Assembly: GCA_017443235.1 (NCBI GenBank)
Contig: JAFSOV010000018.1
Location: 11,180 to 75,179 of the forward strand
Origin: Alphaproteobacteria bacterium
GTDB taxonomy: Bacteria; Pseudomonadota; Alphaproteobacteria; Rs-D84
Length of the DNA: 64,000 nt
Reading direction: 5' to 3'
The first letter of the stretch is position 1, and every line of letters begins with the position of its first letter. The notes under the pieces are model-generated. The model was given only the letters and a program-made list of their open reading frames with translations. It was not told where the DNA came from and made no database searches. Position numbers and translations under genes: made by a program. Below, piece after piece: positions 39,043 through 51,709 of the stretch.

Positions 39043-39417
39043 TTATAATACTTCCGGTGCCAAAGACACAATCTTTTGAACGTCATATTTGCGACGCACT
39101 TCACGCGCAATCGGCCCAAAAATACGTGTGCCAATCGGTTCAAAATTGTTCTTGTTGATAAGAACAACCGCATTGTCATCAAAACGAATTATCGAACCAT
39201 CCGCACGTTTAATTGGGAACTTGGTACGAACGATAATTGCACGTTGCACAGTACCCTTTTGAACTTTACCACGCGGAATTGCTTCTTTGATGGCAACCAC
39301 AATTTTATCACCAACGGTGGCATAGCGGCGGTGTGAACCACCCAAAACCTTGATGCACATTGCTTTACGTGCACCACTGTTATCTGCAACCGTCATAACT
39401 GTTTCATTTTGAATCAT
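39043..39417 (-). CDS. rplN: 50S ribosomal protein L14
   Basis: VADNSGA, FDDNAVV, GTRIFGP, SLAPEVL. Confidence 0.98.
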   Translation of the reverse strand: MIQNETVMTVADNSGARKAMCIKVLGGSHRRYATVGDKIVVAIKEAIPRGKVQKGTVQRAIIVRTKFPIKRADGSIIRFDDNAVVLINKNNFEPIGTRIFGPIAREVRRKYDVQKIVSLAPEVL

Positions 39418-39534
39418 AACCTTATCCTCGTCCTGCGAATGGGGCGTTTCCCCACCGCTTTGTTATGGGACCCGACTGAGACACCCGTCACGAAGACCAA
39501 TGCCCCCTCAAAAATCCCTGGGTTGATTTTGTTT

Positions 39535-39804
39535 TTAGTCTACTACTTCTACATCGTTGTCTTTGGATACCCCAACCAAACCTTTGACAATCCAAGATTT
39601 AGTTTTGGATATTGGACGATGTTCTTCAATCGCAACAATGTCGCCAACTTTGTACTTGTTGTCTGCATCGTGCGCCTTGTACTTTTTGTTCTGCTTAACA
39701 AATTTTCCATACAGCGGGTGACGGAAACGGCGTTCAACTTCTACAACGACCGTCTTGTCATTTGCGGTACTTCTAACTGTTCCTTGCAGTATACGTCTTG
39801 GCAT
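39535..39804 (-). CDS. rpsQ: 30S ribosomal protein S17
   Basis: DKTVVV, HPLYGK, RPISKTK. Confidence 0.96.
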   Translation of the reverse strand: MPRRILQGTVRSTANDKTVVVEVERRFRHPLYGKFVKQNKKYKAHDADNKYKVGDIVAIEEHRPISKTKSWIVKGLVGVSKDNDVEVVD

Positions 39805-39897
39805 AACCTTATTCCTTATATACTTTTTTTGTTCACTTTTGGCCAACCCGGTATATGATAACCAAAAATTTGGAAATCTCAACCAAAATCGGTAATT

Positions 39898-40083
39898 TTA
39901 TTCTGCCGCGTTCAATTGTGTTTTCACGCGTGCGATTTCACGACGGGTTTTACGCAAAACATGGGTTTTTGGTAATTGACCCGCAGCGTGCTGAAAGCGT
40001 TGATTCATTTGAGTCTTTTTCAAATCAACCAATTTGCTTTGCAATTCTTCTTTTTTCAAAGATTCTGTTTTCTTTTCTGCCAT
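39898..40083 (-). CDS. rpmC: 50S ribosomal protein L29
   Basis: RFQ.A.GQL, RREIARVKT; position in the operon. Confidence 0.93.
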   Translation of the reverse strand: MAEKKTESLKKEELQSKLVDLKKTQMNQRFQHAAGQLPKTHVLRKTRREIARVKTQLNAAE

Positions 40084-40095
40084 ATCTGTCACCTT

Positions 40096-40509
40096 TTAGT
40101 TAACCTTGCGTTCAACAATTTTGGTTTTAACCGGCAACTTGGCGGCCGCCAAAGCAAATGCCTCCATGGCAACATCCGGTTTAACACCGTCCAATTCAAA
40201 GATTATACGGCCCGGTTTAACACGGCAAATCCAATATTCAACGGCACCTTTACCTTTACCCATACGAACCTGGGCCGGTTTGGCGGTGACCGGAACATCC
40301 GGAAATACACGAATCCAGAGTTTTCCCATACGTCTCATACGACGGGTGATTGCACGACGTGCGGCCTCAATTTGACGCGCGGTTATACGTTCCGGCGACA
40401 TTGCCTTCAGCCCAAACGAACCGAACGCTAATTCACTGCCACCCTTGGCAACGCCATGGATGCGGCCTTTGTGCTGTTTGCGAAATTTTGTCTTATTTGG
40501 CATTAACAT
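40096..40509 (-). CDS. rplP: 50S ribosomal protein L16
   Basis: [25 protein letters not shown]. Confidence 0.98.
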   Translation of the reverse strand: MLMPNKTKFRKQHKGRIHGVAKGGSELAFGSFGLKAMSPERITARQIEAARRAITRRMRRMGKLWIRVFPDVPVTAKPAQVRMGKGKGAVEYWICRVKPGRIIFELDGVKPDVAMEAFALAAAKLPVKTKIVERKVN

Positions 40510-40534
40510 GATACAAACCTCAACTTTCTAAGAA

Positions 40535-41236
40535 TTATTTTGTTCTTCTATCGCTTGTGCCGGCGTATTCCGTGGGACGTGCCATTTCTGACGCCAACTT
40601 TTCCTTGTTCACGACATCACCGGTGTAAATCCAAACCTTGACCCCAACAACACCGTATGTGGTTTTGGCCTGGACCGCGGCATAGTCAATATCTGCACGC
40701 AAAGTGTGCAATGGGATGCGCCCTTCACGAATCTGTTCGCTGCGTGCGATTTCCGCACCATTTAAGCGCCCACTGCACATAACCTTGACACCTTGGGCAC
40801 CCGCTTTCTGGGCATTCTGAATCGCCTTTTTCATCGCGCGTTTATAAGATACACGACCTTCAATTTGCTGCGCGATACCTTGGGCAACCAATTGTGCGTT
40901 CAAATCCGGACGGCGAACCTCGTAAATATTAACGACGACTTGGTCATTTTTTACCAATTTTTTGATATCGTTGCGCAAAGCTTCAATATCCGCGCCATTC
41001 TTACCGATAATCATACCCGGACGTGATGTATGAACCGTCACAACCACTTTTTTGGCGATACGGTCAATAACAATCTTTGCCACACCGGCCTTTTTCAGTT
41101 TCTTTTCGATAAATTTACGAATCGTATTATCTTCTGCCAAGAATTCTGCATAGTGTTTTTTATCAACAATCCAACGGGAATCCGGGATTTTATTGATAGA
41201 CAAACGCTGTGCAATTGGCGATACTTTCTGTCCCAT
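40535..41236 (-). CDS. rpsC: 30S ribosomal protein S3
   Basis: MGQKV.P, GRL.GAEIAR, PLHTLRADIDY. Confidence 0.98.
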   Translation of the reverse strand: MGQKVSPIAQRLSINKIPDSRWIVDKKHYAEFLAEDNTIRKFIEKKLKKAGVAKIVIDRIAKKVVVTVHTSRPGMIIGKNGADIEALRNDIKKLVKNDQVVVNIYEVRRPDLNAQLVAQGIAQQIEGRVSYKRAMKKAIQNAQKAGAQGVKVMCSGRLNGAEIARSEQIREGRIPLHTLRADIDYAAVQAKTTYGVVGVKVWIYTGDVVNKEKLASEMARPTEYAGTSDRRTK

Positions 41237-41323
41237 TTTTTTTCCTTACTGTTTGTGTGGGGTGTTCTTGAAACCAATTGGTTTTATTCCGGGGTCATCC
41301 CCATACCACCCGACACGGTTCTT

Positions 41324-41749
41324 TTATTTTTTTGTTTCTTTCTTTGTTTCTTTTTTTGGTTCTTTTTTCTTTGCCGCTTCTTTTTTCGGGGCCGCCCCAG
41401 ATTCCAAAACAATCGTCAAATTAGAAAACGGTTTCAAAATTGGACGGGCACTGCCACGTGGTCCCGGCATAATACGTTTCATCGTCAACGCCTTGCCGCA
41501 CCAAATTTCTTTGACGAACAAAGTGTCCACCGGCAAATTTTTGTTGTGTTCCGCATTCGCAACCGCCGACAACAAAGTTTTCAAAACTTCGCCAGAAACG
41601 CGCTTTTTCGAAAATTTCAAGACATCAACCGCACGGTCAACCGGCAAACCACGAATCGTTGCACAGACCAGGTTTAATTTCTGGTGGCTGACGCGTATCA
41701 TTTTGTTGAACGCCCGAACTTGATTATCTTTTATTCCATATCTTGTCAT
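41324..41749 (-). CDS. rplV: 50S ribosomal protein L22 with Lys/Glu-rich tail
   Basis: RVS..KLNLV, SAVANAEHN; position in the operon. Confidence 0.95.
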   Translation of the reverse strand: MTRYGIKDNQVRAFNKMIRVSHQKLNLVCATIRGLPVDRAVDVLKFSKKRVSGEVLKTLLSAVANAEHNKNLPVDTLFVKEIWCGKALTMKRIMPGPRGSARPILKPFSNLTIVLESGAAPKKEAAKKKEPKKETKKETKK

Positions 41750-41765
41750 AATCTACACCTTTTGA

Positions 41766-42047
41766 TTATTTACCTGCCGCCGCCTTTTTATTCGCCGCAT
41801 GGCCTTTGAAAGTACGTGTTGGCGCAAATTCACCCAATTTATGACCAACCATATCTTCTACGATTGACACAGGGATAAATTTATTACCATTGTGAACTTC
41901 GAACGTCAAACCAACCATTGGCGGAACAATCGTGCTGCCCCGGGACCAAGTTTTAATTGGTTTGTGATCATTTTTTTCGTTTGCCACCGCCACCTTTTTC
42001 AAGATAGATGGATGAACATACGGACCTTTCCAAACTGAACGAGACAT
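41766..42047 (-). CDS. rpsS: 30S ribosomal protein S19
   Basis: [25 protein letters not shown]. Confidence 0.98.
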   Translation of the reverse strand: MSRSVWKGPYVHPSILKKVAVANEKNDHKPIKTWSRGSTIVPPMVGLTFEVHNGNKFIPVSIVEDMVGHKLGEFAPTRTFKGHAANKKAAAGK

Positions 42048-42068
42048 TTATAACTCCTCTAACCTATG

Positions 42069-42902
42069 TTATTTTTTCTTTGCCAAATGTCTGCTACGAA
42101 TAATCATCTTGGCTGTGCGTTTATTTCTGCGGGTGCGATATCCCTTGGCCGGAATACCTGTACGTGACACCGGTTCATGTCCCTTGGAATGACCGTTACC
42201 ACCACCCATCGGGTGATCAACCGGGTTTTGTGCCATACCACGCACGGATGGGCGAACACCCAACCAACGCGCACGACCGGCCTTGCCCAAATTGACGTTA
42301 CGTTGGTCTTGGTTAGAAACCGCGCCAACCGTCGCAAAGCAATCAGAATGAACCTTGCGCAATTCACCGCTGTTCATCTTAATCTGGGCATAGACACCGT
42401 CTTTACCCATCAATTGTGCATAACAACCGGCACTGCGGGCCAATTGACCACCGGCACCCGGTTTCAACTCTACGTTATGAACAATTGTACCAATCGGCAT
42501 ATTTTTCAATGGCATTGCGTTACCTGGTTTAATATCTTGATGTGCACCAGATACAACAATATCGCCCGCCTTTAAATCACGCGGTGCCAAAATATATGAC
42601 CGCATACCATCTTTATACTCAATCAACGCAATAAACGCAGTACGATTTGGGTCATATTCCAAACGAACAACCGTCGCCGGCATATCAACCTTTTTACGTT
42701 TGAAATCAATCAAACGATATTTGCGTTTATGACCGCCACCTTGGTGTGGAACGGTAACGTGACCGAAATTATTACGGCCACCCTTGGATTTCAAACCAAC
42801 CGTTAACGCCTTTTCCGGCGCACCACGGTGCAATTCACTGTGGTCAATCAAAACCATGCCACGTGTTCCGGCGGTAATTGGTTTATAATTTTTCAATGCC
42901 AT
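42069..42902 (-). CDS. rplB: 50S ribosomal protein L2
   Basis: EYDPNR.A.IAL, RP.VRG.A.NPVDHP.GGG. Confidence 0.98.
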   Translation of the reverse strand: MALKNYKPITAGTRGMVLIDHSELHRGAPEKALTVGLKSKGGRNNFGHVTVPHQGGGHKRKYRLIDFKRKKVDMPATVVRLEYDPNRTAFIALIEYKDGMRSYILAPRDLKAGDIVVSGAHQDIKPGNAMPLKNMPIGTIVHNVELKPGAGGQLARSAGCYAQLMGKDGVYAQIKMNSGELRKVHSDCFATVGAVSNQDQRNVNLGKAGRARWLGVRPSVRGMAQNPVDHPMGGGNGHSKGHEPVSRTGIPAKGYRTRRNKRTAKMIIRSRHLAKKK

Positions 42903-42971
42903 TTTTTCTATCCTTTGTTCGCCCAGACACTAACGTCCCTTTGTTGGATTCTCTGCCGGGGCATTTACTTT

Positions 42972-43304
42972 TTATATGTTTGTCGCCAAATCCAATTTTG
43001 CATCCGCAGGCAATGAAACATACGCCTTTTTAACAGTGCGTTGAGTTCCTGTGCCACGGCCACGGAATTGTTTGACTTTACCTTTGACAACAACGATGTT
43101 CACCTTGGTTGGTTTAACATTGTATATTGCCTGAACTGCACGTACCACATCCGCTTTGGTTGCGCGCGCATCGACTTCAAAAGCAACCGAGTTTGCCTCT
43201 GATAACTTCACCGCCTTTTCGGAAACGATTGGACGACGCAGCACATCATATACACCGGCCGATACAACTGGTTTCTTTTCTGTCTTAACTTTTTTTTCTG
43301 CCAT
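42972..43304 (-). CDS. rplW: 50S ribosomal protein L23
   Basis: P.VSEKA, F.V...ATK, KKAYV.L. Confidence 0.95.
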   Translation of the reverse strand: MAEKKVKTEKKPVVSAGVYDVLRRPIVSEKAVKLSEANSVAFEVDARATKADVVRAVQAIYNVKPTKVNIVVVKGKVKQFRGRGTGTQRTVKKAYVSLPADAKLDLATNI

Positions 43305-43335
43305 ATCTGTAACCTTTTATTCAATCCACATGACA

Positions 43336-43959
43336 TTACGCCGCCAGGCGTGCCTCGATGGCCTTGACCGCATCCGCCGTCAAAACCAATTTTTCGTGTT
43401 TCAAGATATCCAACACATTCAACCCAACGGTTGGCAAAACATCAATATTGATAATATTAGATGCCGATTTCTTGAAATTTTCATCGATTGTGTCACCGCC
43501 AACGAACAACGCAGACGCAATATTCAATTTTTTCAATTGCTTTGCAAACGCGCCTGTTTTCGCCGCAGACATTTTTTCAGAATCAATGACGATTAAACTG
43601 TCTTCTTTCAATTTTGAAGAAAGTGCCATCTTAAGTCCAAGTGCGCGAATCTTTTTAGGCAAATCAATGCTGTGGTCGCGAACAACCGGTCCATGAACCA
43701 CACCACCGCCACGCATATGGACATTATAGCGTTCACCTTGACGTGCATTACCGGTTTTCTTTTGTTTGAATGCCTTTTTACCACTGCCGGCGACATCAGA
43801 AACGGTTTTAACCGCATGTGTGCCTGCACGTGATTTCGCACGTTGCCATGTCACAACACGATGCAGAATATCCGCACGTGCGTCCAAACCAAAAATAGAA
43901 TCCTGCAAATCAATCTTGCCGACCGCTTTGCCATCAAAATTTATAACATTTACTTGCAT
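43336..43959 (-). CDS. rplD: 50S ribosomal protein L4
   Basis: R.GTH..K, QK.TG.AR.G, RGGGV..GP. Confidence 0.96.
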   Translation of the reverse strand: MQVNVINFDGKAVGKIDLQDSIFGLDARADILHRVVTWQRAKSRAGTHAVKTVSDVAGSGKKAFKQKKTGNARQGERYNVHMRGGGVVHGPVVRDHSIDLPKKIRALGLKMALSSKLKEDSLIVIDSEKMSAAKTGAFAKQLKKLNIASALFVGGDTIDENFKKSASNIINIDVLPTVGLNVLDILKHEKLVLTADAVKAIEARLAA

Positions 43960-43986
43960 AGTGTTTCACCTTAAATTTTTCAAAAC

Positions 43987-44694
43987 CTATTCTGCAACAG
44001 ATTCAGATTTGGTTTCTGTTGGTTCTTTGACCGATGTTGGAACAGGCAAATCTTTGTGTTCTTTTTTCACCGCGTCTGTAATCAGAACGAATGTTCCATT
44101 GCAACCCGGAACGGCGCCTTCAACGAAGACCAAGTTTTCGGCTTCGTCCACGCCAAACACTTTTAAATTTTGAACGGTCACGGTTTCATTACCCATTTGA
44201 CCGGACATCTTTTTACCCTTTAAAACACGACCCGGCCATTCACGCATACCTGTACCACCCAAAGAACGATGCGCCTTTAACACACCGTGGGTCGCTTCTT
44301 TACCACCAAAGTTGTGACGTTTCATCGCACCTTGGAATCCTTTACCCTTGCTTGTTGCTTGGACATCAACAAATTGTCCGGCCATAAAATGAGAAGCATT
44401 CAGCATTGTCCCAACCGGAATAACACAGTCATCAGACACGCGAAATTCCACAATTTTACGATATGGCCTTACGCCTGCCTTTTCTGCCGCAACCTTTTGC
44501 GGTTTGGCCACATGTTTTGCCTTGGCTTCACGAATACCAAGCACATTTGCCACATAACCATTTTTATCCATCGTCCGATTCCCGATAACCGCGCAATCAC
44601 CGACGGACAAAACCGTCACTGCATGCGCCACACCCGTATCGTCATACAGACGTGTCATCCCCATTTTTGTTGTAATCAATCCGCTACGTTTCAT
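43987..44694 (-). CDS. rplC: 50S ribosomal protein L3
   Basis: K.GMT, KGKGFQG.MKRHNF, GKKM.G.MG. Confidence 0.97.
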   Translation of the reverse strand: MKRSGLITTKMGMTRLYDDTGVAHAVTVLSVGDCAVIGNRTMDKNGYVANVLGIREAKAKHVAKPQKVAAEKAGVRPYRKIVEFRVSDDCVIPVGTMLNASHFMAGQFVDVQATSKGKGFQGAMKRHNFGGKEATHGVLKAHRSLGGTGMREWPGRVLKGKKMSGQMGNETVTVQNLKVFGVDEAENLVFVEGAVPGCNGTFVLITDAVKKEHKDLPVPTSVKEPTETKSESVAE

Positions 44695-44761
44695 TTCTTT
44701 TTGCCTTTTTTTATGTCAGAGGTTAGAATATCACACCAATAAACTAACGCTAACAAACCCT

Positions 44762-45073
44762 TTACAATTTAATTTTTACATCAACGCCCGATGCCAAATC
44801 CAACTTCATCAGTGCATCAACTGTCTGAGGGGTTGGATTAACAATATCGACAACCGCTTTATGATTGCGAATTTCGAATTGCTCACGTGATTTTTTATCA
44901 ACGTGCGGCGAACGATTGACTGTAAACTTTTGAATCAATGTCGGCAAGCGAACAGGCCCAACGACATCTGCGCCGGTGCGCTTAGCAGTTTTGACAATTT
45001 CCTCCACTGATTCCACCAAAATTCTGTGGTCAAAAGCCGTCAATTTGATGCGAATTTTTGATGCTGGTACCAT
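44762..45073 (-). CDS. rpsJ: 30S ribosomal protein S10
   Basis: [23 protein letters not shown]. Confidence 0.98.
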   Translation of the reverse strand: MVPASKIRIKLTAFDHRILVESVEEIVKTAKRTGADVVGPVRLPTLIQKFTVNRSPHVDKKSREQFEIRNHKAVVDIVNPTPQTVDALMKLDLASGVDVKIKL

Positions 45074-45153
45074 TGCTTGTTTCCCTTATTTATTGTCTAT
45101 CACACTTGTTGGCCGCCCAACGGTTTCCCGCGGGCGACCAACAGATGCATTTG

Positions 45154-46341
45154 TTATTTGATAATCTTTGATACGACACCTGCGCCGACTGTGCGTCCGC
45201 CTTCACGGATAGCAAAGCGACGGCCTTCGTCCATAGCAATAGGTGCAATCAATGCAACCGTGATACGAACGTTATCGCCCGGCAAGACCATTTCTTTATC
45301 CGCCGGCAAAGTGATAGTACCTGTTACGTCGGTTGTGCTAAAGAAGAACTGAGGACGATAGTTGCTAAAGAACGCTGTATGACGTCCGCCTTCTTCTTTG
45401 GTCAAAATATAGACTTCTGCTTCGAAATCTGTGTGCGGGGTAATAGAACCCGGTTTGCAAATAATTTGACCACGTTCAACTTCTTCTTTCTTGGTTCCAC
45501 GCAACAACAAACCAACGTTATCACCGGCTTCACCTTGATCCAACAATTTGCGGAACATTTCAACACCGGTCACTGTTGTTTTTTGTGTCGGTTTCAAACC
45601 AACGATTTCGCATTCATCACCGACTTTGATAACACCGGCTTCGACACGACCCGTCACAACGGTTCCACGACCGGTGATGCTGAACACGTCTTCGATTGGC
45701 ATCAAGAACGGTTTGTCGATTGGACGTTCCGGCATCGGGATGTATTCATCGCACGCCTTTAACAACGCATCGATAGATTCTTTACCGAAACCGTCTTTCT
45801 TGTCTTCCAATGCGGAAATCGCAGACCCACGAATAATTGGCACATTTTCACCGTCAAAGTCGTTCGCAGACAACAATTCACGGATTTCCATTTCAACCAA
45901 TTCCAACAATTCAGGATCGTTTGCCAAATCACATTTGTTCAAATAAACAACAATTTTTGGAATACCGACCTGACGTGCCAACAAGATGTGTTCACGTGTC
46001 TGAGGCATTGGACCATCGGTTGCCGCAACCACCAAAATTGCACCGTCCATCTGGGCCGCACCGGTAATCATGTTTTTAACATAGTCCGCGTGTCCCGGGC
46101 CGTCAACGTGTGCATAGTGACGGTTGGCTGTTTCATATTCAACGTGTGCAGTATTAATTGTTATACCGCGTGCCTTTTCTTCTGGGGCGTTATCGATTTG
46201 GTCAACACCTTTCTGTGCGTCCGCACCAACGCCATAGTAATGAACAATAGCGGCGGTCAATGTCGTTTTACCGTGGTCAACGTGACCAATGGTGCCGATA
46301 TTGACGTGTGGCTTGGTTCTTACATACTTTTCTTTTGCCAT
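45154..46341 (-). CDS. tuf: Elongation factor Tu
   Basis: [28 protein letters not shown]. Confidence 0.99.
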   Translation of the reverse strand: MAKEKYVRTKPHVNIGTIGHVDHGKTTLTAAIVHYYGVGADAQKGVDQIDNAPEEKARGITINTAHVEYETANRHYAHVDGPGHADYVKNMITGAAQMDGAILVVAATDGPMPQTREHILLARQVGIPKIVVYLNKCDLANDPELLELVEMEIRELLSANDFDGENVPIIRGSAISALEDKKDGFGKESIDALLKACDEYIPMPERPIDKPFLMPIEDVFSITGRGTVVTGRVEAGVIKVGDECEIVGLKPTQKTTVTGVEMFRKLLDQGEAGDNVGLLLRGTKKEEVERGQIICKPGSITPHTDFEAEVYILTKEEGGRHTAFFSNYRPQFFFSTTDVTGTITLPADKEMVLPGDNVRITVALIAPIAMDEGRRFAIREGGRTVGAGVVSKIIK

Positions 46342-46431
46342 GGTTTTCTCCTTGGGCTCTGGTTTGTTAATTTACTTTTTTGATTCCTGAAATTGGATAT
46401 TACACCCAAAATTAGAAATCTCAATCTTTTT

Positions 46432-48513
46432 TTACTTTGTCAGCTTTTTTATAACCTCATCTGCGACATTTTGTGGTACTTCGTCATAGTGCGACAATTC
46501 CATATACGGATTTGCACGCCCCTGGGACAAAGAACGCAACGTTTTGACATATCCAAACAAATTTGCCAACGGTACATATGCCGAAATCAATTGATTACCA
46601 AACTGAGTTTCAATACCATTGATTTGTCCGCGACGACTGTTCAAATCGCCGATAATGTCACCGACATATTCTTCCGGCGTATTGACCGAAAGTTTCATAA
46701 TCGGTTCCAACAATTTTGGCGCGGCCTTTTTCATCGCTTCGCGGAAGCAGGCACGTGCCGCAATTTCAAAGCACAACACATTAGAATCGACTTCGTGATA
46801 TTTACCATCAACCAATGTTGCCTTGAAATCCACAGTTGGATAGCCAATCAGAACACCTGTCTGTTGCGCTATCTTTAATCCTTTTTCTACACCCGGGATG
46901 TATTCTTTTGGAATCGCACCACCGACAATCTTGTTTTCAAATTCGTATCCCTTACCCGGTTCCAACGGTTCAAATTCAATTTTCACCTGGGCATATTGAC
47001 CCGAACCACCGGATTGTTTCTTGTGTGTATATTCTTCGGTGACGGGTTTGCGGAATGTTTCACGGTATGCAATGCGCGGTTCGCCAACATTAACATCAAC
47101 CTTGAATTCACGCAGCAATCTGTCAACCAAAATTTCCAAGTGCAATTCACCGACACCCGCCAAAATCGTTTGACCGGATTCTTCGTCAACCGACACGCGG
47201 AACGAAGGGTCTTCTTTGGCCAATGCCTGCAAACCCAACGACATCTTTTCGATATCGGCCTTGGTTTTCGGTTCAACCGCAATGGAAATAACCGGTTCCG
47301 GAACGTGGATGTTTTCCAAAATAATTGGATTGTTTTCATCGCAAAGTGTATCACCGGTAATTGTTTCCTTCATCCCGACCAGGGTGATAATATCACCGGC
47401 GGATGCTTCTTTGATTTCTTCACGTTGGTTGGAATGCATCAACAACATACGCCCCACGCGTTCACGTTTATCACGTGTGGAATTATATATGTATGACCCG
47501 GATGTCAATTTACCCGAATAAATACGGATAAACATCAAATTTCCAACGAACGGGTCATTTGCAACCTTAAACGCCAATGCACTGAACGGTTCCTTGGGAT
47601 CTGGATGGCGTTCTGCCGCCGTTTCACGGTCCATTTTTGTACCCTTAATCGCCGGAACATCCAACGGTGACGGCAAATAGTCAACAATCGCATCCAACAA
47701 CGGTTGAACACCTTTGTTTTTGAACGCCGTCCCACACAAAACCGGAACAAAGTTCTGGGCAATCACACCCTTGCGCAATAATTTTTTGATTGTGTCGTGA
47801 TCTGGAATTTTGCCTTCCATATATTCTTCCATAATGGCGTCATCCAATGTCACAACTTCTTCAATCAATTTGTTATGTAATTCTTCGGCTTTCGCTTTTA
47901 ATTCTTCAGGAATATCGATTGTAACCGGATGGGAACCTGTTTCGTCTTCCCAAATCAAACCCTTCATTTCCACAACATCGACCACACCCTTAAAGTCCGC
48001 TTCGGCACCAATCGGGAAATTCAAAACCAACGGGTTTGCACCCAAACGTTCACGAATCATATCAACACAGCGGAAGAAGTTTCCACCAACACGATCCATT
48101 TTGTTAATAAAGCAAATACGCGGAACATTGTAACGGTCGGCCTGGCGCCAAACAGTTTCAGTCTGTGGTTGCACCCCCGACACAGATTCAAATACCGCGA
48201 CCGCACCGTCCAAAACACGCAAAGAACGTTCCACTTCCATTGTAAAGTCCACGTGTCCCGGGGTATCAATCAAATTGATACGATGATCACGCCAGAAGCA
48301 TGTTGTTGCCGCAGATGTAATTGTGATACCACGTTCTTGTTCTTGTTCCATCCAATCCATAGTGGCGGCGCCATCGTGCACTTCACCAATTTTATATGTT
48401 TTACCGGTATAGAACAAAATACGTTCAGATGTTGTCGTTTTACCGGCATCGATGTGCGCCATAATGCCGATGTTACGGTACATATGTAATGGGGCGGTTT
48501 TTCCAACAGACAT
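46432..48513 (-). CDS. fusA: Elongation factor G
   Basis: [35 protein letters not shown]. Confidence 0.99.
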   Translation of the reverse strand: MSVGKTAPLHMYRNIGIMAHIDAGKTTTSERILFYTGKTYKIGEVHDGAATMDWMEQEQERGITITSAATTCFWRDHRINLIDTPGHVDFTMEVERSLRVLDGAVAVFESVSGVQPQTETVWRQADRYNVPRICFINKMDRVGGNFFRCVDMIRERLGANPLVLNFPIGAEADFKGVVDVVEMKGLIWEDETGSHPVTIDIPEELKAKAEELHNKLIEEVVTLDDAIMEEYMEGKIPDHDTIKKLLRKGVIAQNFVPVLCGTAFKNKGVQPLLDAIVDYLPSPLDVPAIKGTKMDRETAAERHPDPKEPFSALAFKVANDPFVGNLMFIRIYSGKLTSGSYIYNSTRDKRERVGRMLLMHSNQREEIKEASAGDIITLVGMKETITGDTLCDENNPIILENIHVPEPVISIAVEPKTKADIEKMSLGLQALAKEDPSFRVSVDEESGQTILAGVGELHLEILVDRLLREFKVDVNVGEPRIAYRETFRKPVTEEYTHKKQSGGSGQYAQVKIEFEPLEPGKGYEFENKIVGGAIPKEYIPGVEKGLKIAQQTGVLIGYPTVDFKATLVDGKYHEVDSNVLCFEIAARACFREAMKKAAPKLLEPIMKLSVNTPEEYVGDIIGDLNSRRGQINGIETQFGNQLISAYVPLANLFGYVKTLRSLSQGRANPYMELSHYDEVPQNVADEVIKKLTK

Positions 48514-48537
48514 TTTCTTTTCCTTTTTCTTTCTGTA

Positions 48538-49014
<477 letters not shown>

Positions 49015-49082
49015 TCATATTCCTTTTTGTTCTTCACCCGGGCTTCCGGATTACTCACACGGGACACGCCCGTATGTTTTAA

Positions 49083-49454
49083 TTATTTTGCTTTCTTTGC
49101 ACCATACAAAGAACGACCTTGTTTTCTGCTTTCTACACCCTTGGTATCCAAGACACCACGAATGATGTGATATTTCACACCGGGCAAGTCCTTGACACGA
49201 CCGCCACGAATCATAACGACACTGTGTTCCTGAAGGTTATGACCTTCGCCCGGAATGTATGCCGTCACTTCGCGACCGTTGGCAAGTTTCACACGGGCAA
49301 CCTTACGTTGCGCCGAGTTAGGTTTTTTAGGTGTGGTTGTGTACACACGTGTGCAAACACCACGCTTTTGCGGATTTTCCATCATATCAGGCGCCGTAGA
49401 TTTCACGACGACTTTTTTACGTGGTTTCCGAATCAGTTGGTTCACTGTTGGCAT
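49083..49454 (-). CDS. rpsL: 30S ribosomal protein S12
   Basis: [17 protein letters not shown]. Confidence 0.99.
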   Translation of the reverse strand: MPTVNQLIRKPRKKVVVKSTAPDMMENPQKRGVCTRVYTTTPKKPNSAQRKVARVKLANGREVTAYIPGEGHNLQEHSVVMIRGGRVKDLPGVKYHIIRGVLDTKGVESRKQGRSLYGAKKAK

Positions 49455-49602
49455 TCAAAATCTCTTTGTTTTTCCTTATGTCCTTTTTTACACAAAGCAC
49501 CGTATCAGACTTATTTTAACGGCGACCCGCAATTATAAATCTGCCAGATTTACGGCGTTTTTTGTGCTTTTCACTTTCCTCACTTACACGGAAAGCGCCC
49601 TT

Positions 49603-49631
49603 ACTATAACCCCGAACCCGCGCATTGTCAA
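49603..49631 (-). promoter_or_regulatory. Sigma70-type promoter of the str/S10 cluster
   Basis: TTGACA-17 bp-TATAGT on the minus strand. Confidence 0.75.
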
Positions 49632-49701
49632 GGATTTTTCGTAAAAAAACACTAAAAAAACACCACCCAACCGGGTGGCGTTTTTATTTTTTTGTTCGGG
49701 T

Positions 49702-50490
49702 TTAGAAATCGATACCGAATTTGGCACCGTAACCTATACCACTTTGGGATTCCCAAGAACCACCATCGGTATGCGCAATATCTTTGATGATATAAACACC
49801 AACATATTTTGTTTCATCAATGTTAAAGTTCACACCCGCGGCCAATTCCCATCTGCCACGATTGTCGCCATCGAAATAGCTGTCCAAAACCTTATAGTAA
49901 TCTGCGGACGCAACACCACTCCATTGGTCACTGAACACCCAATGACCGGCAACACCCAAATTCAAATTATGGTTTTGGTTATATTCGTCATCATATGCCC
50001 AATTGAACATCCCAGAATTCTTATAAATGAAATTCGCGTGCGCGGACAATGTCCAATCTTGGGTCATATAACCACCGCGTACACCCGCGACCCAAGAATA
50101 TGTGGTCATATCTTTTTCCCACATAGAATTATGGAATGCGCGCATTGGTGTGACTTCAAATCCACCGGTAAAATCCATTTTCCATGCACCATCGCCAATC
50201 AAACGATATGCCGCATCAACGGCAACTTCATTCCATGAAAAGTTTTCAAAGAAGGCATGTTCTGTCACAGATGTTTTTAGACCGACGGTCAATCTGTCTG
50301 TGATTCCCCATCCAAAACGTTCACCCAAAGACCAATCATGACCGTTTCTGGAATGAGAACCCACGGCCGTTTCACTAACGAAATGACCTTTTTCCGGCAT
50401 ATATAACGGATTACCATCCAATACATTTGCCGCATTTGCGCCGGTCGCCGCAAAGACGGCCAACAAAGATGTCAAAGCAATTTTTTTCAT
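49702..50490 (-). CDS. Outer-membrane beta-barrel protein, paralog 1
   Basis: Signal peptide; aromatic amphipathic strands; C-terminal Phe (KFGIDF). Confidence 0.8.
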   Translation of the reverse strand: MKKIALTSLLAVFAATGANAANVLDGNPLYMPEKGHFVSETAVGSHSRNGHDWSLGERFGWGITDRLTVGLKTSVTEHAFFENFSWNEVAVDAAYRLIGDGAWKMDFTGGFEVTPMRAFHNSMWEKDMTTYSWVAGVRGGYMTQDWTLSAHANFIYKNSGMFNWAYDDEYNQNHNLNLGVAGHWVFSDQWSGVASADYYKVLDSYFDGDNRGRWELAAGVNFNIDETKYVGVYIIKDIAHTDGGSWESQSGIGYGAKFGIDF

Positions 50491-50624
50491 TATTTTCTTC
50501 CTTTTTTGTTCTTTTTCATCCTAGAAAACATTATCTAGTTATCGCGACTTTAGCAACATTATAAGAATTTTTCCATAAAAAAAGAACGGATCAAACGACC
50601 CGTTCTTATTATATGTAAACAACC

Positions 50625-51443
50625 TTAGAAATCGATACCGAATTTAACACCGAAACCAAAGCCATCTTCGACGTCCCATGCACCGGCATCTTCATGAACG
50701 ATGTCTTTTGTGACATATGCACCGACATACTTGGTGTCATCGATGTTCATGTTCAAACCGGCCGCGATTTCCCACCAGCCAAAGTTTTCAACACTGTTAT
50801 AGTGATCCATAACTTTGTAGTAATCTGCGGATGCAACTGCACTCCATCTGTCACTCATTGTCCAATGACCGGCAACACCCAAATTCAAAACATGGTTTGC
50901 CCAGAATTCAGCTTCTACATCGTCGATAACAATCTTCGCATCGTCATCGCCCCAGTTAAAGGCTTCTGTGTTAATATACAAGAAGTTCGCGTGTGCAGAC
51001 AATGTCCAATCTTCGGTCACATAACCACCGCGTACACCGGCCTTCCATGTGTACATTGTTGATTCTTTTTCGAATGCCGGACGATGATCTGCCCACATTG
51101 GCATCATTTCAAATCCACCAACCAAATCCAATTTCCATTCGCTGTCATTAATCATACGCCATTTCAAATCGGCACCCAAATCATTCCACGCATTGCCATG
51201 GAACCAATCGTGTTCCGCAACAGATGTTTTCACATCAATCGCAAAACGATCTGTGATACCATAACCAAATTCTTCCGCCAACGCCGCAACATTTGATTCA
51301 CCGGTTGCAGAACCCAAAGTTGTTTCACTGTAAAAATGACCCGCCTTTGGCATATACAACGGATTACCGTCCATTGTGTTTGCCGCATTTGCGCCGGCCG
51401 CCGCAAAGACAGCCAACAAAGAAGTCAAAGCAATTTTTTTCAT
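50625..51443 (-). CDS. Outer-membrane beta-barrel protein, paralog 2
   Basis: MKKIALTSLLAVFAA...DGNPLYMP...KFGIDF shared with its neighbours. Confidence 0.8.
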   Translation of the reverse strand: MKKIALTSLLAVFAAAGANAANTMDGNPLYMPKAGHFYSETTLGSATGESNVAALAEEFGYGITDRFAIDVKTSVAEHDWFHGNAWNDLGADLKWRMINDSEWKLDLVGGFEMMPMWADHRPAFEKESTMYTWKAGVRGGYVTEDWTLSAHANFLYINTEAFNWGDDDAKIVIDDVEAEFWANHVLNLGVAGHWTMSDRWSAVASADYYKVMDHYNSVENFGWWEIAAGLNMNIDDTKYVGAYVTKDIVHEDAGAWDVEDGFGFGVKFGIDF

Positions 51444-51709
51444 TATTTATCCTTTCATTTTTGTTTAAGTTCATGAACTAGCTTAACTAGCTGATCACAT
51501 TTTAACCCATAAATGGGAATAAATTCAAGCAAAAAATTATAACAAAGAATAACAGAACCGTGGGTAGTGGTTAGTGTTAGTGGTTAGTGATTTCTGGAAT
51601 TTTATTTTTAATTTCCGTTTTTTTAAATCACACAAAAAATGGCGCAGAAATGCGCCATTTAACTAACCACTTGCACTAACCACTAAAAAACGCCCTTTCG
51701 GGCGTTTTG

